In this document: in pieces, positions 18,316 to 27,909 of the stretch
Layout of the letters: each line of letters begins with the position of its first letter
How positions within the stretch are numbered: position 1 is the stretch's first letter
DNA from: Candidatus Omnitrophota bacterium
GTDB taxonomy: Bacteria > Omnitrophota > Gorgyraeia > Gygaellales > Profunditerraquicolaceae
Direction of reading: 5' to 3'
Length of the DNA stretch: 64,000 nt
Assembly (NCBI GenBank): GCA_030650425.1
Contig: JAUSED010000010.1
Coordinates: 10,104 to 74,103, forward strand
Position numbers and translations under genes: made by a program
Notes under the pieces: generated by a model
What the model saw: the letters and a program-made list of their open reading frames with translations, nothing else
Told to the model about the DNA's origin: nothing
Database searches by the model: none

Positions 18316-19098
18316 TCATTTAATAAATATCTCCTTAAAAAATGCTTTCATTGCTTCCCAAGAACGCATATCTGCCTCCCTGTTGTATGCCAACCCCTTG
18401 GAAGGATCATTGCCCGAATCAGGATTGGTAAAACTATGCACCGCATTTCCATAAATATTCATCTGCCAGTCACAATTCGCGGCGCGCATTTCATTCTGAA
18501 ACGCGGCCACCTGTTCTTGAGGCACAAGCGGGTCATCCGCGCCATGACAGACCAATATTTTTGCTCTGATATTTTTGGCGTCTTCGGGATGCGGCGTATC
18601 GAGGTTGCCGTGAAAACTTACCGCACCGGATAGATCAGCGCCGCCGCGCGCAAGCTCTAATACCGTGCCTCCTCCGAAACAATATCCAATAGCCGCGGTG
18701 CGTGTTACATCTACAAACTTACACTTCTTTAGCTCTGCAAGGCCTGCTTTTGCGCGCTCGCGCAGCAATTGCCTATCAGACCGATAAAAAGTCGCCTGTT
18801 GAGCGGCTTCTTTTGTGTCTTTCGGCCTTATGCCCTTGCCGTAAATATCAGCGCAAAAAGCAACATAACCGAGAGCCGCTATTTCTTGGGCGCGCCTTTT
18901 GACATAAGGCCCTATTCCTGTCCATTCATGCACGATCAAAACCCCGGGTACCTTGTCTTTACGAGAATCATCATAAACCAGGTAACCTTCAAGCACGGTG
19001 TTGTCCTGTTTATACTCTACTGTTTCCGTCTGCATAGCCGCGTAAGCCTTTATGGAAGAAGACAAAAATATTAAAATAAATAGAACAAGATACTTCAT
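18316..19098 (-). CDS. Secreted dienelactone hydrolase-family protein
   Basis: Likely start MKYLVLFILIFLSSSIKAYA (signal peptide). GYCFGGG nucleophile motif and CHGADDPLVP. Confidence 0.7.
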   Translation of the reverse strand: MKYLVLFILIFLSSSIKAYAAMQTETVEYKQDNTVLEGYLVYDDSRKDKVPGVLIVHEWTGIGPYVKRRAQEIAALGYVAFCADIYGKGIRPKDTKEAAQQATFYRSDRQLLRERAKAGLAELKKCKFVDVTRTAAIGYCFGGGTVLELARGGADLSGAVSFHGNLDTPHPEDAKNIRAKILVCHGADDPLVPQEQVAAFQNEMRAANCDWQMNIYGNAVHSFTNPDSGNDPSKGLAYNREADMRSWEAMKAFFKEIFIK

Positions 19099-19264
19099 CC
19101 TGCACTTTTCCTCCGGATAAGCTGCCTTAATTACCATGACTATACAGAGATAAACTTAATTGGTGAATAGGCTGAATCTGTTTTTCTTTGACTTTTTTCT
19201 ATTAGGATAGAATTGAATTATATAACGTGGTTTCTATGTATTAGGAAAGGAGCCGGCCCTCAGC

Positions 19265-19340
19265 ATACAGCTATTGGAAAATTTGAGAGGTCAGCCTCGT
19301 AAGGACGGGAGTAATATTCGACAAGAGGAAATATACTGCT
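19265..19340 (-). repeat. Partial copy (5' half) of the GAGAGGTC/CCTCGTAAGGACG element, in the 5' leader of the hydrolase gene
   Basis: aaatttgagaggtcagcctcgtaaggacgggag matches half of the full element at 30085-30185. Confidence 0.5.
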
Positions 19341-19559
19341 CCCTCCTAAGGAACCTTTCCCGTTGGCCGCTCATTTTTCTTTTCTTTATCGCCTTGATTT
19401 CCTTTAATAATTACAAATATAAAGAATAATACTACTGCCCCTAAAAACATATACACAGGCCAATCTTGCCACAGGTTGCCAGTCATATTACCCCTCCTTA
19501 TTATTTCATCGTTATTTGATACTAATAATAAGCGTTTAAGAATGCCGTGCTCCAGCCTG

Positions 19560-20525
19560 CTAACCAAGACGAACAACCATCACCACATAAAAAATATAAA
19601 TACTTATAAATACAACACCAATCCATCGATCAATGACTCTTCGCTTACCTACAAATGCGCTGGAGAACAATAAAAGGCTAGCCATAATCGCGATCACGAT
19701 AGCAAAGTTATCTTGAGGACGTAAAGGTAAAGGCCTAATAACAGCGCAAATTCCTAATACCATAAAAATATTCACGATATTGGAACCAACTATATTCCCG
19801 AGAGCCAAATCTGAATGCTTTTTAAGCGCGGCTACAATTGAAGCGGTTAACTCCGGGAGTGAGCTACCCAGAGCGATCACGGTCAAGCCTATTACTGTCT
19901 CTGATATACGCATCTTCCCTGCTATAAACACTGCGGCAGCAACGACCAACTTGGCGCCTAAAAATAGCGCTAACAACCCTATTATGATCCGAATAACTGA
20001 CTTTCCCATATCCAGCTTTTTATCCCCTGCCTCTCGCGGTTCTCGGGCTGATTTACTGATACCGGTAAGATAATATAGATAAATCGCAAAAAAACTTAGC
20101 ATAACCAAACCATCTATCCTGCTAAGCCGCGGATAACTGATACCTTCAATCAGCTTATCGTTGCCTAATAACAACACTGATAATGCCGCAATAAATGTAA
20201 AGGGAATCTCCTTCCAAACTACCCCGCGTCGGATCTGTAAAGGAAAAATGACCGCAGCCACACCAAGGATAAGCAAAATATTTGTGACATTGCTACCTAT
20301 GATATCGCCAATAACTAAACCCGTATTGCCTCTGACAGCGGCCGTAATATCAATAAACATCTCCGGTAGCGATGTCCCGAAAGCTACTACGGTCAACCCG
20401 ATAAAAAAATCAGACACCCCTAAGGCCTTAGCCAAAGATGAACCGCCCTCTACTAGCCAATGAGCGCCCTTGATCAGAACGAAAAAACCAATAACGAATA
20501 AAACCCCCTGCCAAATCCAATCCGT
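19560..20525 (-). CDS. CaCA-family sodium/calcium antiporter (YrbG-like)
   Basis: Duplicated alpha-repeat motifs GDIIGSNVTNILLILGV and GNIVGSNIVNIFMVLGI. ~10 TM segments. Start taken at MTDWIWQ. Confidence 0.75.
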   Translation of the reverse strand, partial: TDWIWQGVLFVIGFFVLIKGAHWLVEGGSSLAKALGVSDFFIGLTVVAFGTSLPEMFIDITAAVRGNTGLVIGDIIGSNVTNILLILGVAAVIFPLQIRRGVVWKEIPFTFIAALSVLLLGNDKLIEGISYPRLSRIDGLVMLSFFAIYLYYLTGISKSAREPREAGDKKLDMGKSVIRIIIGLLALFLGAKLVVAAAVFIAGKMRISETVIGLTVIALGSSLPELTASIVAALKKHSDLALGNIVGSNIVNIFMVLGICAVIRPLPLRPQDNFAIVIAIMASLLLFSSAFVGKRRVIDRWIGVVFISIYIFYVVMVVRLG

Positions 20526-20786
20526 CATAATTAACACCGGCCTATTTTCTAATTCGCCTTGGCGTTTCGGGATCTTTTTCGCCAAGGCCTTTTTTGAAGA
20601 TTCTACTAAAACAGAATACCGCTAAACTGATAATGAGACTCCATGAAATTATCATAAAAATCCAGCCGCTCAGCCTCAATCAACACCCTCTTTCCAATAA
20701 AAACTGCCGCCCTGTATTCTTAGTAAGGCCCGGAAAAATAAATAGTCCTTCATAATCTAGCCTCTTTGAAAAGATTGTCTAGACCG

Positions 20787-21839
20787 TTACTTATTCCCTA
20801 CAGGCAATACAACCCTTACTGCTGTGCCTTTACTTTCTTCGCTCTCTACCCATATACGGCCACCTAGCTCTTCCACGGCCAGCTTACAGAAAGTTAGGCC
20901 TAGGCCACTGCCAAATAGAATTAACCCCGATTCTCTAGCTTTAATCTGGGCGAATCTGTCAAAGAAACTATCTATTATATTCTTGGGGATGCCCGGGCCC
21001 CTATCTATTACGCTAATTTTAATCTTTCTATCATCTTCTGAATCTACGACAACGGACACTGGCGAACCAGCTGAACTTACTTTTATGGCATTATTCAGTA
21101 AATTTATCAGAATACACCTTATCAGATGAAAATCCGTGTAAAAAATATTTTGCTGCGTATTAAAACATTTTTCTAATTTTATCTGCCTATTTTTTGCAAA
21201 TACCGACACTACCCTTAGCGCGTTATTCAACAGTTCTTCTAAATTGATTTCTCTTAATATTAACTTTATTTTCCTATTTTCCAGGCGCGATATGTCTAGT
21301 ATGGAATCAATAAGCGCGGACATCATATCGGTAGAAATTTTATATGCATCAACTATATCTTTTTGCTGGCTACTTAATGCTTGGTTTTCGTTTTCCAGTA
21401 ATTTATTAAGATTTTGAGAAATATTATCTAAGTGTATATATAAATCATTGGCAACAAATTCGGTAAGCTCTTTGCTTCTCCTGTTAAGAATACGGATATA
21501 CCATAAAGCATAAGTTATAATTAGAAAAACGGTCAGCCTGATTGCCGCGTTCCAGCCAGGGATAAAATAGTTCGGGTAAGTAACTCCCGCCAGAGAATCG
21601 GCTAGAAACCAAGTAATAATACTTGCAAATGATATTATTATTCCCGGATATAGCCCGCCAAGCCATGTTGTAATAGCGATAGGGATGATATAGAAAAGAA
21701 AGAAACCAATTTGATAGCCTGTTATATAATCAATATACCCTATAACTAACACCCCCAGCAATCCCAATATTAAAATAGCTGCTGGACGAAAGCATTTTTT
21801 GAAGTATCTCGTATAAGCCTGCAATAAAGATTCCGTCAT
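20787..21839 (-). CDS. Membrane sensor histidine kinase-like protein (HATPase_c present; H-box lacks His)
   Basis: N/G1/G2 boxes present: NLLNNAIKVS, DRGPGIP, GSGLGLTFCK. The dimerisation region STDMMSALIDSILDISRLE has no histidine. No response regulator adjacent. Confidence 0.6.
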   Translation of the reverse strand: MTESLLQAYTRYFKKCFRPAAILILGLLGVLVIGYIDYITGYQIGFFLFYIIPIAITTWLGGLYPGIIISFASIITWFLADSLAGVTYPNYFIPGWNAAIRLTVFLIITYALWYIRILNRRSKELTEFVANDLYIHLDNISQNLNKLLENENQALSSQQKDIVDAYKISTDMMSALIDSILDISRLENRKIKLILREINLEELLNNALRVVSVFAKNRQIKLEKCFNTQQNIFYTDFHLIRCILINLLNNAIKVSSAGSPVSVVVDSEDDRKIKISVIDRGPGIPKNIIDSFFDRFAQIKARESGLILFGSGLGLTFCKLAVEELGGRIWVESEESKGTAVRVVLPVGNK

Positions 21840-21997
21840 TCTTTCTCTCTATTTCGTAATTATCCCGATAAAAAACCGCCACCCTGCATTTGCATGCAAA
21901 AAGAAAAATTCAACAAATCAATAAGATGATTCCGCAACAGGCCTCCGACTATTACCTTAGCCTTAACCATAGAATCCCTTCATAGCATCTGACTTAT

Positions 21998-23692
21998 TTA
22001 TAAATAAGCCTTTAAGACATATTCCTGGACCAATCTCTGGGTATTAAAAAATGAAGCGTTCAACGCTATCGTATGGCGCATAATTTCAAGCCATTTATCT
22101 TTCTCTTTGTAAAACGTAGGGATAATTACCTTTTCTAATTTCTGATACAAATCATGAGCATCTTGAGCGCTATCCGCATTCTGTTTTTGTACCGAGCCGA
22201 TTGCCCAGCCGGTTACATTTTCAATACAACCCTCTATCCACCAACCATCAAGAACGCTTAAATTCGGCACACCGTTAAGGCATGCCTTCATACCGCTCGT
22301 GCCAGAGGCCTCTCGTGGAGGAAGAGGGTTATTCAGCCAAAGGTCAACGCCGCCGGTAATTAACCTCCCCTGTGTCATATCATAATTCTCAAGATAGGCA
22401 ATTTTGATTTCTGGGTTTAGCTCTTTAATTTTTGAAAATATCTTTTTTATCAGCTCTTTACCACCGCCATCCTTAGGATGCGCCTTTCCCGCATAAACGA
22501 TTTGCATCTTGCCTGTTTTATCATTAATCTCGACTAACCGATTTATATCAGTTAATAAAAGGTTTGCTCTTTTATAAGCTGTGACGCGCCGGGCAAAACC
22601 GATAGTAAAGGTATCGTGTTCCAACCCAATGCCTGTACGGGCATTTACATAATCAATGAGTTCTTTTTTTGCCTCAAAGTGCGCCTGAAATATTTCCTCT
22701 TTAGGAATACTCAAGGCGTAACGCAAGGAAAAATAATCTGATTGCCAGCCGGGGATATATTTATCGTAAAGCTTTTTGAATGCGGGGGCTGCCCAAGTCA
22801 ATAAATGAATCCCGTTGGTAATAGAATCTATGGAATAACCGGGGAACATCTCTCGTGTCACTTCGCCATGCTTCTTGGCTACTCCGTTTATATATTTACT
22901 TAGATTCAAAGCAATCCACGTCATATTTATTTCATTATCCCGGATAAATATATCAGGCATTTCAAAAGACAAGTTGCTGCGCAGGGCTCTTTTTACAAGA
23001 TCAAGAGGAAACCGGTCATGTCCGGCGGCTACGGGCGTATGGGTAGTAAATATGCATTTATTTCTTACTGAATCAAGGTCATATTTCTTATAAATATCCT
23101 CCTCACTATCTTTTTTTGTCCTCTCTAATAATTCCAACGCTAAGAGACTGGCATGGCCTTCGTTCATATGGTATTTTTCAATGTTTTGATAACCAATAGC
23201 TTCGATTGCCCTCACGCCGCCTATGCCAAGGATTATTTCCTGACAAAGGCGGTACCACTGGTCACCTCCGTAAAGGAAACTAGTGAGGGTACGGTCGTAT
23301 TCGGAGTTTTCCTGTAAATTAGTATCCAGAAAATAAACAGGCACGGTGGCCCCTGTAATCCCCTGCACTATATATTTCCAAATTTTTATTCTTACCTCTC
23401 TTCCTTCAATATTTACGCTTACTTGTACCGGCAAAAGCTTCACAAATTCCTCTTTTGGCCAATCCACGGGAAATTCTGATTGACTGCCTTCTGCGTCAAA
23501 TTTTTGCCTAAAATAGCCTTTTTCATTAAGCAATGTTACTGCGATAATCGGCACACCTAAATCCGCGCATGATTTTATAGTATCTCCTGCCAGGACCCCT
23601 AATCCGCCGCTATAGGTGGGCATTTCAGGGTCAAGGCCTATCTCCATAGTAAAATAAGCGATCCCTCTTTTCCCTAGAGCCTGTTTGTTCAT
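21998..23692 (-). CDS. glgP: Alpha-glucan (glycogen/maltodextrin) phosphorylase, short GT35 form
   Basis: EIGLDPEMPTYSGGLGVLAGD at the N-terminus and the PLP-lysine motif EASGTSGMKACLNG. Confidence 0.85.
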   Translation of the reverse strand: MNKQALGKRGIAYFTMEIGLDPEMPTYSGGLGVLAGDTIKSCADLGVPIIAVTLLNEKGYFRQKFDAEGSQSEFPVDWPKEEFVKLLPVQVSVNIEGREVRIKIWKYIVQGITGATVPVYFLDTNLQENSEYDRTLTSFLYGGDQWYRLCQEIILGIGGVRAIEAIGYQNIEKYHMNEGHASLLALELLERTKKDSEEDIYKKYDLDSVRNKCIFTTHTPVAAGHDRFPLDLVKRALRSNLSFEMPDIFIRDNEINMTWIALNLSKYINGVAKKHGEVTREMFPGYSIDSITNGIHLLTWAAPAFKKLYDKYIPGWQSDYFSLRYALSIPKEEIFQAHFEAKKELIDYVNARTGIGLEHDTFTIGFARRVTAYKRANLLLTDINRLVEINDKTGKMQIVYAGKAHPKDGGGKELIKKIFSKIKELNPEIKIAYLENYDMTQGRLITGGVDLWLNNPLPPREASGTSGMKACLNGVPNLSVLDGWWIEGCIENVTGWAIGSVQKQNADSAQDAHDLYQKLEKVIIPTFYKEKDKWLEIMRHTIALNASFFNTQRLVQEYVLKAYL

Positions 23693-23707
23693 AGTGGTTT
23701 TCCCGTA

Positions 23708-24379
23708 TTATTGCGCCTTCACCTTGCTTATTTTTGAAGGTAATATGACAATTTCAACCCTGCGGTTTTTCTGCATATTCTCCTTTGTGTCATTGGCTGC
23801 AACCGACCGGAATTCCCCATAGCCGTTAGCAGAAAGCCTGGTTGGCCTTACTTCACACTCATTAATTAAATAATGCAAGACCGCAAGCGCCCGCGCCGAT
23901 GAAAGCTCCCAGTTCGTTTTCCAGCCTGAATATTTTATCGGCTGATTATCAGTGTGGCCCTCAATGGCGACATTTGAATTGGGTACATCCCGGTTTAAAA
24001 CTTCAGCAACTCTTCGAATTGAATCTTTTCCGTCTTCCCGGACCATATCTTTACCGGAATCAAAAAATACTTCGGACAGAAAAGTAATCACAAGCCCGCG
24101 CTCGGTCATCTCCAGCTTGGCTTTATAGTCTCCAATCTCCTTCTTCAAGGCATCCTCTAGCTCAAGTTTTGCTTTTTCAAGCTCAGAAAGCTCTCTTTCC
24201 TTCTGTTTGACAACATTATCAACTTCTTTTGTTTTCTCTTTCTGAAGCTGCGTAATGCGCGCCCGTAAATTCTGGTTCTCAACCTCCAAATCATCAGTCC
24301 TTTTGGCTTTTTGAATATAAGTGCACCCTGACGTGGTAAATATTACTAAAAGCATAAAAGCCGTAAATTTAATCCTCAT
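23708..24379 (-). CDS. OmpA-family lipoprotein with coiled-coil
   Basis: Lipobox TTSGC. Coiled-coil QLQKEKTKEV.... OmpA_C: GHTDNQPI...WELSSARALAV...NRRVEIV. Confidence 0.8.
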   Translation of the reverse strand: MRIKFTAFMLLVIFTTSGCTYIQKAKRTDDLEVENQNLRARITQLQKEKTKEVDNVVKQKERELSELEKAKLELEDALKKEIGDYKAKLEMTERGLVITFLSEVFFDSGKDMVREDGKDSIRRVAEVLNRDVPNSNVAIEGHTDNQPIKYSGWKTNWELSSARALAVLHYLINECEVRPTRLSANGYGEFRSVAANDTKENMQKNRRVEIVILPSKISKVKAQ

Positions 24380-24489
24380 GGATAATCCTCCTTTTATTTT
24401 ATCTTTTCAAAATACTTATAAACATGCAACGATACTTTCGCGATAAATTCCTTGGAAGGCACGCTGTTTGAATTCGCACTTTCATTTTT

Positions 24490-24900
24490 TTATCGAGGTA
24501 AGTATTCGTTTAATTCCGCCGACGTCCGTTTGCCGACTATCCCATCTGCTTTAAGGCCGTTTGCTTTCTGAAATTTTCTAATCGCTTCTTTTGTCTTAGG
24601 CCCGATCTTACCGTCAATAGGCCCTTGATAGAAACCAGCGCTCTTTAAAGCCCGTTGAATCTGCTTCAGGCTTAATTCTACTCTTGATCCAGTATAAGTT
24701 TTCTTAGCCGATTTTTCATAGCTACCGGCCGACCATGTATCATTAGCACCATAACCCTCAGAATACGATTCCTGCTGATATACTTTCTGAGATTTCTCAG
24801 TTACCTTCGGCTGCGATTGCGCTGCTTGCTTCTTAGAACCTGTGGCACACCCAGCCAAGGTAAAAGCGAAAAAAACAAACAAAATTATTCTTGTACACAT
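24490..24900 (-). CDS. Lipoprotein with peptidoglycan-binding (PG_binding_1) domain
   Basis: Lipobox LAGC. LKQIQRALKSAGFYQGPIDGKIGPKTKEAIRKFQKANGLKADGIVG. Confidence 0.7.
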   Translation of the reverse strand: MCTRIILFVFFAFTLAGCATGSKKQAAQSQPKVTEKSQKVYQQESYSEGYGANDTWSAGSYEKSAKKTYTGSRVELSLKQIQRALKSAGFYQGPIDGKIGPKTKEAIRKFQKANGLKADGIVGKRTSAELNEYLPR

Positions 24901-25030
24901 AGTTTCTCCTCCTGTTTAATATATGAATTAATCCTTTTCTGCCAACCCGGAAGCCATTTTTGCTCATTACGGACTGAAGGAAAACTTTGCGCGTAATCTT
25001 TAAGTATAGCATTTACTGACCGGTATTAAC

Positions 25031-25351
25031 TTAGAATGTAATCTTTTCATTCTTTAAAATAGGAGTTACCGGTTTGGCGTCTATACGCAGACCGCCGTCA
25101 TGCTCGATCTTTATAGTATAGCTCATACCGGGGATGAATTTTGTGCCGGGCGCTTCAATCTGGACGTTCTTAATGTCTGCCTTGCTTGCTTTCTTAGGAT
25201 TAAACGCGTATTCCCAAAAATTCTTCCAAAGCTTTTTCTCAAAAGCGTTCTTAACAGCCGCTACTTTATAACCAAAGGGTATTTCATTTATTCTAGTAAT
25301 CTCGAAAGATTCAACGCCCTTATTAGTCAGCATAAATGCCTTCATAAACAA
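25031..25351 (-). CDS. Hypothetical protein. A signal-peptide-like segment lies upstream in another frame.
   Basis: No recognisable domain. A 26-aa ORF MKFKIFKLYIAIAVTVILVYEGIYAD overlaps the start out of frame. Confidence 0.35.
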   Translation of the reverse strand: MFMKAFMLTNKGVESFEITRINEIPFGYKVAAVKNAFEKKLWKNFWEYAFNPKKASKADIKNVQIEAPGTKFIPGMSYTIKIEHDGGLRIDAKPVTPILKNEKITF

Positions 25352-25430
25352 GAATAACTGTTACCGCAATGGCTATATATAATTTGAATATTTTAAATTT
25401 CATGGTTTTTTGGTTTCCGCTATAATAATT

Positions 25431-26483
25431 TCAATCTTTACTTATATACAGCTTCTGCGTAGGATAGGCAAACTCTATGCCCCGTTTTTCAAACTCTTCC
25501 TTAATCGCGAAATTAATCTCCTGCTGGACATCCATATATTTGTTGTAATCGGGAGTTAAAACAAAATACACGACCTCAAAGATGAGGCTAAAATCCCCAT
25601 AACTAAAAAAGTGTGCGCGGTCAAAAGCCGTGTCTTTGGTATTCTTAACGACACGCTCGATGATCTTGGGAATTTCCTTTAATTGGCTAAGAGAAGTCTG
25701 ATAAGTAACGCCTATACGAAATAAAATACGCCTTTTCTCCATAAGCCTATAATTACGAACCCGGGAGTCTGTAAGGTCGGTGTTAGAGAATATTACCTGT
25801 TCGCCGCCCAAGCTGCGTATGCGCGTGGTTTTTATCCCTATATACTCAACGGTACCCATGAAATCACCGATGATTATAAAATCCCCTATTTTGAAGGGAT
25901 GGTCAAAGACTATAGAAAAATAGCTGAAGAAATCTTTCAGGAGCGCCTGCGCGGCTATTGCTACTGCAATACCGCCGATTCCTAATCCGGCAATTAACGT
26001 AGAGACTTTATAACCAAGGTTATCTAATAGAATTATAACCGCCAAGGCCCAAATCAAAAATTTAACGGCCCATAACATACCATCAAGGCTGCGCACCACC
26101 GTGGGATCCTGCTGCTTTTTGGTAAGATATGTATTAATCCCCCAACCGGCAAGCATAACCACTATGCGCGCGGCAAAAAAAGTGATAATAATCATCTCAA
26201 AAGTGTTGATCAAAGCGCCGGCTGCGGAAGGTAATTTTAATGTTTTGGCGCTCACATAAAAACAACTGATGTATAATGCCGGCAGGCCGATCTTTGACAG
26301 AATTGATACTAAAAAATTATCGAATCTTGTAGTAGTTCTTTCCGCTATTTTTTTAAGACGCCTTATAAAGAAGAGGATAACCACTTTAACAAACAACAGG
26401 GTTAAGAATAACGTTACTAAAGCGATAATATAATCCAAAATACGGTTGCCAAAAAATACCTGCTCTAAAATTTTTAGATCCAT
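25431..26483 (-). CDS. Mechanosensitive ion channel, MscS family
   Basis: Three N-terminal TM helices and an MscS beta domain (GTVEYIGIKTTRIRSLGGEQVIFSNTDL). Confidence 0.85.
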   Translation of the reverse strand: MDLKILEQVFFGNRILDYIIALVTLFLTLLFVKVVILFFIRRLKKIAERTTTRFDNFLVSILSKIGLPALYISCFYVSAKTLKLPSAAGALINTFEMIIITFFAARIVVMLAGWGINTYLTKKQQDPTVVRSLDGMLWAVKFLIWALAVIILLDNLGYKVSTLIAGLGIGGIAVAIAAQALLKDFFSYFSIVFDHPFKIGDFIIIGDFMGTVEYIGIKTTRIRSLGGEQVIFSNTDLTDSRVRNYRLMEKRRILFRIGVTYQTSLSQLKEIPKIIERVVKNTKDTAFDRAHFFSYGDFSLIFEVVYFVLTPDYNKYMDVQQEINFAIKEEFEKRGIEFAYPTQKLYISKD

Positions 26484-26497
26484 TTTAACTCCTCATA

Positions 26498-26580
26498 AAA
26501 AAGCCATCCCGCATTCTAATGCAAGATGGCGGCCCGACCATCGATAATCCTCCAGAGATATTTAAATATCTCTGAACCAC
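26498..26580 (-). promoter_or_regulatory. Candidate cis-regulatory structured RNA (riboswitch/attenuator-like) in the mscS leader
   Basis: Minus sense: hairpin CAGAGATATTTAAATATCTCTG; conserved hairpin GATGG-UCGGGCCG-CCAUC; alternative terminator GCCAUC...GAUGGC plus U6 directly before RBS GAGGAG. Paralogous copy at 29893-29970 with a compensatory hairpin. Confidence 0.5.
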
Positions 26581-26653
26581 TTATTTATCCGTTGTTCTAT
26601 TTTAAAATACTATAGCACATGTAACATCAAATACAATAATTTTATATCCCCGG

Positions 26654-27781
26654 CTAAATTTTACTCTCGACTGAAAAACTGCTAAGAAGTTTACAAAGAT
26701 TATCTTTAAATATGTTATTTTTAATAAATTTATTAGCAATCGCGCTTGCCCTCATTGAGAGCTTCTTTCTTAAAGCATGATTTCTTATCAAAACTCCGTA
26801 TTTTTCGGAAAAATCTCCGACATTTGCATCGAAAAATAATGCGGCGTCCTTAAACTTCTCCAAAACCGGAAGCTGGTTTAAAAGCAAGGCGTTATTACAG
26901 AGCGCGCTTTCATGGGTACTCAAAGAAAACGACTCGCTTAAAGAGCTGTTAATATAAATATCACTTAAATAGTAATACTGGAATAACTCTTTTTTATCCA
27001 AAAATTTTTTATAAAAGAACTGCTCGGGGTATAGCCTGCACAGGCTTAATAATTTTTTATACAGATCTTTCTCCAGCGACCTCCCCACAAAAAAGATTTT
27101 AAGATGGCGATGCTCCCTGAGGATCTTTGGCGCCTCTTTAAGCAAGATGTGGGCTCCTTTTATCCTCTCAAGCCTGCCTACATAAAGCGAAACTATATCA
27201 TTATTCTTAATCTTATGCTTATTCCTTATCTCTTCTATCTTATTTTTTTCTGCGCTAAAGGCTTCAATAGTATTCTCAATAACGACCACTTTATCTATAA
27301 AAGAGGGGAAATACCTGATAAAATTATCGTATTCATAGGTAGAAGGACAAACAATCCTATCTGCCAATTCAATCATCTTTTCCTGATTGCATAAAAAGTG
27401 ATTTAGCGTTCTGAATCCGGAATCTTTCTCCCTTCTTAATATGCTGTGAAAGTGGTATATGATTTTAGGTTTTCTCCTCTTTTGTATTGCAATCTTTTTA
27501 AGCTCTTTAGTCCAATTCACAAAATGATGGATTATATAGCCAAAATTACACCAGTCATAATCCCTTAGGAATGCTCCCAGGCTAGGGTAGCGCTTTATGG
27601 AATCATCCGGAAGCAACAACTTAACCGGATCTTTCCTGGCAAACCCGGAGCTTATAAGGACGTAAGTCTCATAACCTATAGCTAAAAGGGCATCCCTGCT
27701 TTGCTCTACGATCTGACCCACGCCGCCGCAGTATGACTTTCCGGTGGGATATTCAAATGAAATAAGAAGTACTTTCTTCAC
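26654..27781 (-). CDS. Glycosyltransferase family 4 (GT-B, group 1)
   Basis: C-terminal GT1 fold with ERIKGAHILL. E..E-like motif region. Confidence 0.65.
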   Translation of the reverse strand: MKKVLLISFEYPTGKSYCGGVGQIVEQSRDALLAIGYETYVLISSGFARKDPVKLLLPDDSIKRYPSLGAFLRDYDWCNFGYIIHHFVNWTKELKKIAIQKRRKPKIIYHFHSILRREKDSGFRTLNHFLCNQEKMIELADRIVCPSTYEYDNFIRYFPSFIDKVVVIENTIEAFSAEKNKIEEIRNKHKIKNNDIVSLYVGRLERIKGAHILLKEAPKILREHRHLKIFFVGRSLEKDLYKKLLSLCRLYPEQFFYKKFLDKKELFQYYYLSDIYINSSLSESFSLSTHESALCNNALLLNQLPVLEKFKDAALFFDANVGDFSEKYGVLIRNHALRKKLSMRASAIANKFIKNNIFKDNLCKLLSSFSVESKI

Positions 27782-27909
27782 GATAAAACCTCCTAAAGAA
27801 TAAAAAGCGCTGACAAAAAAATTTATTTTTCCCTGGAATAAAAGGAGAGATAAACAACGAAGATTGCAGAAAAAAATGCCTTTACAATGCCATTACGCAG
27901 GGTTTCCCT

